A stretch of DNA of 57,967 nucleotides, filler included, from Dugesia japonica (lineage: Eukaryota): assembly GCA_001938525.1 (NCBI GenBank). It is 5 parts of 5 records of this genome, joined end to end, with 100 filler letters (N's around TTAATTAATTAA, not from the genome) between each part and the next. Parts side by side here need not be neighbours in the genome. Positions count along the whole stretch, not along the records: positions 43,297 to 57,967 come from MQRL01568375.1; 4 more parts are not named here. The stretch is one strand, 5' to 3'. The notes under the pieces are model-generated. The model was not told where the DNA came from. It saw only the letters and a list, made by a program, of their open reading frames with translations, and made no database searches. The translations under genes and the position numbers were made by a program. Position 1 is the first letter of the stretch; each line of letters opens with the position of its first letter. Below are positions 49,825 to 57,967 of this stretch, in pieces.

Positions 49825-49988
49825 CATTGTGACTACTGATCTAGTATTTCTGAAGGCTGAACTAGTATTTTCTAGCTGCTTATTTTGACTGGTGAACACT
49901 TTTAACAGTTGATCTAGTCTATTTGACTGTTGGTTAGGAAATTTTGACTGGCAATTTACTATATTTACCAGCACACTTCCTTTGGACT
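49825..49988. repeat. Second copy of the 44425-44756 repeat
   Basis: Direct alignment by eye. Confidence 0.8.
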
Positions 49989-50194
49989 GATCGTCACATT
50001 TTTGATATGATATTCTTAAAGGGTAGCCACAGATTTGTGGACTGGCGATCACAGCTTTGCTATGGTATTTATATGCTTGTAATAAGAGCTTTGGTATTAC
50101 ATTTATGAACTGATCTACGCCCTACCATTCAAAGTTTTATGATAAGCCATTCCAATCCCTATAAATCCCTTAATTCATATAAAACGTTAGGTAT

Positions 50195-50880
50195 CGTTCG
50201 AATCAAAATAAGATGAAGAACATTTTACAATGTTTACTTAACATTCTGATATATATTCAAAACCATCTAAATCCTGTAAGCTTTTTAAATTTTATTTTTA
50301 CTTATCAATTTAGATATCACTCATACCACAATGAGATGATGGACATGATTACATAACCTACTTACATACCGTTATAATTCATTAATTAAACTTTAATTTT
50401 ATTTGTAAAATATCAAAACAAGTATCATTCAAATCCCAATGAGATGTCAGACAACATTCTTATAATTACACAATCTTCTGACATATATTTAGCATTCATT
50501 AATTATACTTCAATTTTTTATATTTCGGCATTCTTCAAACTGCAATGAGGTGACGGACTTTTATACCATAATTGCAAGGCTATATAATGTAACCCAAACC
50601 AATGAAAATCGCGGAAACTCTGTAAATTATTTTAGTAAACCAAATCAAATTAGATTTTGTTAGAACCCCAATGTGATGGCGGACAAAATTATCATGATTA
50701 CAAGACCTTTTAATGTGCTAATACCATAAAACCCTGTAAACTCTTTAAATTTTATTTCAACCTGAAAACATCAGGCATCTCTAAAATCTGATTGAAATGA
50801 AGAATATTTCTAGTATGTTTACATGATANTCTGGTGTACACTTACAATTAATTACAATTTTATTGTTGTACTAGAAACAA
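50195..50880. repeat. Highly diverged ~110-125-bp tandem array, ~6 units
   Basis: Core CAATGAGATG..[G/A]GAA/C recurs near 50207, 50329, 50437, 50543, 50669, 50790. Confidence 0.6.
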
Positions 50881-50941
50881 ATTTGCAAAATAGCCATGAT
50901 TCAGCTTGACAGTTGTTTTTTTTACTTTTTTTAAAAAAGTC

Positions 50942-50976
50942 AAATCCTGAAGAAGACAAAGTCGAAATATAGAATT
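50942..50976 (+). ncRNA. Minimal hammerhead-ribozyme-like motif beside a Penelope element
   Basis: CTGAAGA-A-GAC AAA GTC-GAAA-TATA; stems I/III weak. Confidence 0.45.
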
Positions 50977-50984
50977 ATTATCAA

Positions 50985-51590
50985 AAATCAAAAAAACAAA
51001 TTTTGAGTATTAAGAATCGGATTATGCAACCCAATTTCCTAAGCCTCACACACAATTCTTTCAAAATAGTTACCAAAACCGCTGTTCAAAACTGTTAACT
51101 CATCAATGCTTATTTTGCCTTTTCTATTTTTGCAGCAACAGACATGATCTAAAACAAAACTTTTCCTACTCAATTGCATATGCTCGCTAAAACGTGTGCG
51201 AAGATGACGTTTTGTCTCTCCAATGTAAGTGGCATCAACCCTGTTAAAATAAATTGATATACCAGGTTAGAGAGCAAAGCTTATGGTGTAGTATATTTGT
51301 TGCTTAAATAACTTGAGGTTTTCTTTGAAGTGAAAATTAATCTAAATTTATTATAATCAAATATTTCATGAGGGAGCATTTTAATGATTTAGATCCTTCC
51401 GAGAATGGTAGTTTTATAGTGATTTTTTCTTGATTATTTTTTATGTTTTCTTCTTGGTCATTATTTGATGTTGAGCACAGTTGGTTTCAGTACTCTTGAA
51501 GATGGAAAAGAAACTGGTAACAATGAAATATATACTTTTGATTTCACTGTGTATTTTGAGTATCACATGAGAAAATTTGTTGTAAAAGTA
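50985..51590 (-). pseudogene. Penelope-like element: GIY-YIG endonuclease remnant
   Basis: IKLPF, LLSNLVYQF, DATYIGETKRHLRTRFSEH, ERIVCEA*EI...PILNTQ. Confidence 0.88.
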
Positions 51591-53957
51591 TAATTAACAG
51601 AAGAATTTTAATAATTAATATATGCTACTTTAAAGTATTATTTAAACTTACAATTTTTTTTACTATAAAACCTAATATATTAATTAAGTAACATTTATTT
51701 TTATTTAAACAATTACTTTGTTATTTTTAGATAATTATCTTTTATTTGAGACAATAATTTTTTTTAACTAGGAAACACTATATTGATTAAAAATTATATT
51801 TTTAATTTGATAATAATAATTTCAAGCTTTATTTCATAAATTACTAAACTGAATTACAAACTGTAATAAACCAATCAAATTTTACATATTGACATAATAA
51901 ATATCAACTGCTTTAAATGTTCGATTTTAATTGTTGGAACTAACAAAATCATCATGATAATACAAACATCTCTCTTACCAGGTATGTAACAACGGGGTGC
52001 ATTGAAGTTATTATCAATTTTTACTGATGAAGACAAATAGTAAACCGAAGTTAAACAATATAATTAACCATTGTTTGTTTGCTTTTTAACTAAAACGAAA
52101 ATTGGGTAACACGGTATTGAGTTTGATTTCTCATCAATTAATTACATTTACCCAAAAATATTTGCGTTAGTTTTTAAAATTCTCTCTACAACAATGATTA
52201 TTAGCTAGGTTTTTGATTTATAAATAATAAATACAAATGCATCACTGCTAATGATTTCTGAGTGATAATTTAGTTATCCCATATTTATAACAACTGGCGT
52301 AAATAGAAAGTATTAAGCAAAAAAAAAGTAAGATAATAATGTTAACAATAATAATAATAATAATAATATTAATAATAATAATAAACAATATTAATAATCT
52401 TAATTCATAAAACAAAAGAGAAAAGGAACTGATATGCCGATTAATTGCTTTATAATAATCTCTGGCTCTTATTATCAAAAAAATCTTAGTAAAAAAATAA
52501 CAATGATTAACAATAAATTTGCTACTTAGAAGACGTATTTAAAATATATAAAAATATATAAATATATAAAATATAAATTAATGTTAGTTTTAAATTATTT
52601 GGAAGATAGTATATATCAATAATTTTGTTTTAATGTAAAAAAATCGCAATTTATCGAAAACATCATTATTTTATTGATTATACAACAATTTATATTTTAA
52701 AATTTAGTATTAATATTTAATATTCATTATTAATAAAAGAAATTTTTACTACACTAAATAAAAAAGTTTTATTATATCTTCGTAAATAATAGTTGAGAAT
52801 TTAAATCAAATTGAAGATTCTAATATAAGATTATTTTTAGACTTTTTCTATTTATTGGTTAATTTATTCGAATAAAATTTTGCAACAATAATGCAATACG
52901 TGGTTTTATCACGCGCAAAATTTAATTTGCCCGAATATTTTCAAACATTATTCAGCAAATTTTAAGCGTTCAGTATGAAGAATTTATTCAAACTAACATT
53001 TAGACACAACATTTTAAACCATGGAAAATTTTATTCGGATCAATTAACAAACAAACAGCTTTAATAAATGTCTTCAGTGAAATTTACTATCGATTTGAAC
53101 TTGAAGATTCAAAACTAAAATTAATCTCGACTAAAAATTAAAACTTTAATAAATTAACAAAAAATTGCCATAGGATTGCCATATGTTTTTAGAACGTTTT
53201 GAAAACCTTTACAAAAAAGTCGTTAATAATTAAATTGAAATAAGCAGTCGTATTTCTGGAATGACATTTTTGTACTCTCTAAAATCATTACAAGAACTTT
53301 AAAAATACGTCTAAAATATATTGCAGGAAATAAAAATTAAGCTTGACAGTTAATCTATCAATTTTCTATTTAGTAAACATCAACTACATTCTTTTATCTC
53401 ATTCAATGTAGTTCAATTTTTTTCTTTAATCGNNNNNNNNNNNNNNNNNNNNNNNNNNNNNNNNNNNNNNNNNNNNNNNNNNNNNNNNNNNNNNNNNNNN
53501 NNNNNNNNNNNNNNNNNNNNNNNNNNNNNNNNTATTTCATAGTTACTATTTCAAACAAATTGTACTGAACTTACATGAATAATATTAATTTAATATATAA
53601 AACTGTTTTTCTGAGCGTTGAAGAAAACATACTTGCATTTCTTGATCTATTTTCTGTAAACGTTTTTGTTTAATTTGATTTAATTTCTATCAGTGCTGAA
53701 AAAATTTCTTCCCGGCACACAGTTTGGACAATACAGCTCTAATGTATAACTTTTAACAATTGTAAACCGTCGTACTATCAGTTAGAATATGACATCTATT
53801 TCGATGTGTTGAATTAATTAGATAATAACTGAGGAAATCACACATTCTTTTAACTGCCCATTTAACCATACAACCAACCAATCAAAAGATAGTATTATAC
53901 AAATAGGTAAAACAATATTATTAACAGAATTTGCAATTTGAACAATTTGATGTCACT

Positions 53958-54430
53958 AATAGGGAACTATAAGAATTCATACGCCGCGATTAACATTACA
54001 ATTTGAGGCTGAAGACCCCATTATTGGGCACCGTAGATCGAATGTCGCAGGGAAATCAACCAGCAGAACTTCTATATAAGCAATACGTGAAGATGTTTCA
54101 CAGCCTTAACTAACCAATGAATTAAGAATCTGTTAAGACAGCCAAGAATCTGTTGGCTGATTTTGAGTACCACTTTGACGATCTAATGATGAATTCTTCA
54201 AAGGCAGAATCTTCTAAGAGAAAACGAAAAGACTTAAATCAAAAGCACTTTGACACACAGACAATCAAATACGAGGTGGTGAACTCTTTTAGCTATGGTA
54301 ATGCGTAACGTTATCTCTAACCAAAAATTAGCCAGGCTCAGTTAACACTCCTCAAGTTAGAAGTACCAAAAAGAAATAACGCTGCTTAACTTCTAGATCG
54401 AACGAGATCCGGTGTACCCAACCTAGTATT
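53958..54430 (+). repeat. Dispersed repeat copy 2, decayed coding character
   Basis: Matches 9991-10258; one frame reads LLGTVDRMSQGNQPAELLYKQYVKMFHSL...NLLADFEYHFDDL...KRKRK with few stops. Confidence 0.7.
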
Positions 54431-55724
54431 AGCGTCTCTATACACTTTTGCTTCTAAAAATGTTAATTATTTTTCAAAGGAAAAATTTATTCTGAAAATC
54501 AAAAGTTATTTTTAAAAATAGAAAGTTTAATAAATTATTTTATTTAAAGCTTAATGAAACTCGAAACAATTTTTTGTTAAAATTTAATCTTTTACAATAA
54601 AATTACATTAAATAACACTATACGTAGTAAATTAAAATTTTCAATATCAATTTAAATTAATTAACAAAATTTAATATATTTCAGTATTAATTTAATTTAA
54701 TTTTAAATAGAAGATAAATTATTTTTCAATATTAATTAAAATTTATTGCAAAGAAGAAAAACTTAACAATTTGTTAAAGTTTAATTAGACAACACATAAA
54801 GTAAATTACAAAAAAATTAAGTATAATTCTAATACTAAATTCAAAAAATCACATGAGTAATTTTATTTTCAATTATGAGTAGATGGATAGTTCAGCACTG
54901 GAACAGATCTCTCGCCCGACAACTTTTATTTTACTGTTCTAGAATTTGATTAGTCGAAAAATAGGTATGTCGATTTTAAGCGTTTTGAGAAGTAAAGAGT
55001 TTTCAAGGTCAACTGTTTTAGAATTTGATTTGTTGAAACGTTTTTTAAGGTCAAGTTGGATGAGTTTTTAAGCGTTTTAATTGGACAAAATTTTTTAGGT
55101 CAAGGTCAACTGTTCCAGATTAAAATAATTTATTTATTTGAAAATAAATGATTTTTGTAAAATTTACCTAACAAATGCAATATAATAAAATGTTTAATTA
55201 ATAATACTATTACTAAAAGTATTGTATACAGTGGTACAAAGTGTTTTTACAGTATTAGTGCGGACCGCTGACTAAAAATTTTTATCTAATCCAACCTGAG
55301 ATAATTTGAGTTTGAGACCCTTGATTTAGATGATTGAAATACATTGAATAAATTGATGTTTCAAGTAGTGTTAACTGGTTAATAAAGCACATATGAAGTT
55401 CTATTTTCAAAGGAGTTTTACTAAATTAAGGTGAAAATACTTTAGCAGTTAACTGAATTATTTAGTTTTATTGGCTGTAAAGTATAGATTAAGGGTGAAT
55501 TATCTGAAATGTATAAATTATAGAAGTGACTATACAGAATAACTCATGAATATAGCAGATTAAACCATTGACTAAGTGATCGATGTGTAAATTAATTGAT
55601 TTGAAAGTGTAATTGAGCAGGTTTAAGCTGATTAATTGAATGAATGTTGAGTGAATAAAGTGAACAGCTGGGAGAATAGTATGATTTGAGAGATTGAATT
55701 AAGTAGTTATAATATGCAAATGAA

Positions 55725-55896
55725 AGACTTCTAGAACATTTCATAACATACTTAGTGACTTCTGGTAATGTTTAGATTTATTTTCTCATTGTTTTACATT
55801 GTATTTTGGAAACTTTATCGACTTCTAGTAAATTTCAGATATATTTCCATAATTTCTAGTAAATTTCAGAAAATATTATTTGACTTCTAGTAAATT
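55725..55896. repeat. ~31-bp minisatellite (GACTTCTAGTAAATTTCAGA)
   Basis: Five recurring cores; similar CTTCTAG units at 5385-5465. Confidence 0.7.
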
Positions 55897-57339
55897 AAAT
55901 AATTTTATCTCGCTCTTTCTTGATCTCTCTCACTAGTTCACTGGCATTTATCTTTTTCACTTTTGTTCTTGCTTATCGTTTATTTGTCTCTAACTTAAAG
56001 CAAAAAAGCTTACTAAAGAAAGAAGTCAAATTATTAATGCTAGATGTTCTTAGGGGAGAATCTTTAGATTAGAAATTAATGTTTAACTAAGTAAATTAAA
56101 TTATATGAATGAATTAATAATGGTAGGTCATGAATTTTTATCTCATTATTCCACAAGAAAACTATTATTATCCATAATTATCTTTTCCAGTTGATACTAG
56201 AATGCCACAAGAGTGGCATTCATATTACACTCATATTGTGCATGTTATAAACGTTTCTTAATCTGATTAGTTGGAAAGAAAATATCGGTTTAAATGGTTG
56301 ATTTTAAGAGAATTTTAGAAGGAATTACTAAATAAATCCTAACCTAGTGGATCATACTTACAACAATTGGTTTATTGAATGTATCTAGTTTAATGATCTT
56401 ATATTTTCCAAGTTAAAACCCGTGTTTTTCATTAAACACGTATTTACCATGTTAAAATTCATATTTTCAATAACGAAACCATATAATAATGTATAAGTTA
56501 AAGTCAAAGGATGAAAACATAGAACTGTGTCTAGACTGGGAAACCAGAACAAGTAATGTGCAAGCAGAAGTGCAGACATATGGTTAGGATGAAGGATATA
56601 TAGATTTTATTGAAAAGGATATATGACAAAACACGTATTTCATATGTAAAAACCATTAATTTCATGTCGAAACCTTTATTTTCTTTGATGAACCCTATAC
56701 TAATCTATGAAATCTGGAATAAAATAATTAATTATTTATTCGACTTATCAATTTATGTAAATTTTATCGACTTTACAGAAATTTGTAAAATCTAAAGTTA
56801 GTTAAACAGATTTGGCGATTTTATTGTATTGAAATATGGTTACGTAATGTTTACTCAAAAAATTTTATTATTTTATCTCTTTATTTTTACTTATAAAATC
56901 TTAAGTTTTCGTATTAATACTCATATTTTCAATGTTAAAATTATTATTTTTTCAAGTTAAAGCTTTATAAAATCATATAAAAAAAACTATGGAAAATACC
57001 CAAAAATCTTATGTGACCATTAAACCTTATAAAACTCAATAAAATTATATAAGAAACCATAGAATGCAAGTGTGTTTAGAAGCTCCCTTAGAGGTTTTTT
57101 AAAATCATAAGACTTAAGTGATATTTAATTCTTTACCCAATAAAATAAACCACGAGTCATCATTACTTAACATAACTTAACAGATAATAAACAGAGAATA
57201 AACATTACATTTGTAATATAATTATGTTTCTTAATAATTTTGTAAATATTCAAAACAAAAACAATTGTAATAATTAAATCGTCAACAACGTAAAATTTTT
57301 AAATAACTTTAAATAAATGTAGACTACTACAACACATGT

Positions 57340-57935
57340 TTGATAAGACTCAATTCCAATTGTATCGAATCTGGCATCTGTATCTAAAATAAATTCTCTG
57401 GAAAACACAATATTGGTGGATTCATTAGTATTTTCTTCGGACACTCAAAAGTATCGTTTATTTCAATTGTCCATTCTAATTTCTTGTTGCTTGGTCCGCA
57501 ACACAACTGCTCTAAGATCCTTGATTTTTTAGCTTGGTTTTCATTAAACTTTGTGTAACAATTACTAATTCCTAAGACACTTTGCAGCTTCTTCACACAG
57601 TTAGGTTTAACAAATGTTCTTATTGCTTCTTTTTTAAACGGATCAGTTCTAACACCATCTATGCTGATTATGCGTCCAAGAAATTTGACTTTGCTTTAAA
57701 GAAACTGACACTTTTCTGAATTAATGCTTAAACCAGACTTCATTATTTCAATCAATACTATGTTAATTACTTCATAGTGTTGATCTTTATTGTTCGTAAA
57801 TATTAGAATGTTATGAAGATAAGCCATGATTCCATCGATTTCGCCTTCCACTTTTGTCATAATCTCTGAAATGTACCTGGTACCGCTTTGAAGCCAAATG
57901 GCATTGTATTAAAACAATATTGTTTCCCAAATTTA
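57340..57935 (-). pseudogene. pol: Third gypsy pol fragment (RT to start of RNase H)
   Basis: QYCFNTMPFG..VPGTFQ, MAYLHNILIF, EKCQFL, VKFLGRII, PPILCFP, LDTDA; related to elements at 26418 and 44862. Confidence 0.92.
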
Positions 57936-57967
57936 GCTTTAATATTACAAATGCAATTTTTGACTTT

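Noticed and set aside
53540-53660. Penelope RT-like VEENILAFLDL
   Set aside because: Too short and frameshifted to support.
56200-56221. 9-bp hairpin GAATGCCAC-AAGA-GTGGCATTC
   Set aside because: Isolated; no Helitron CTRR end or other context.

Overview
Very AT-rich eukaryotic (animal, plausibly flatworm-like judging by 45-51 nt introns with GTTT donors; not provable here) draft sequence. It is five pieces joined by an artificial 100-bp spacer (44 N + TTAATTAATTAA + 44 N at 8763, 22099, 31563, 43197), so adjacency across those spacers carries no meaning. The main content is a decayed endogenous Maverick/Polinton (adintovirus-like) virus filling 31663-43196: pPolB C-terminus, terminal-repeat-like regulatory block, double-jelly-roll major capsid, ZnF-PLA2-integrase (apparently one polyprotein), packaging ATPase, protein-X/core-like ORF, penton fragment, adenain protease and a fibre-like ORF. 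A second, diverged capsid gene lies at 22199-23042. The rest is a transposon graveyard: four mariners (one full length), pogo/Tigger, several hATs, MULE, a piggyBac end, a Penelope GIY-YIG with a hammerhead-like motif, and Ty3/gypsy elements, one family of which has TA...CA LTR termini with 5-bp TSDs. Host genes: a five-exon minus-strand segment (MAP9-like, 12296-18468) and one isolated exon (30212-30679). All protein calls are from motif recognition by eye; no database searches were run.
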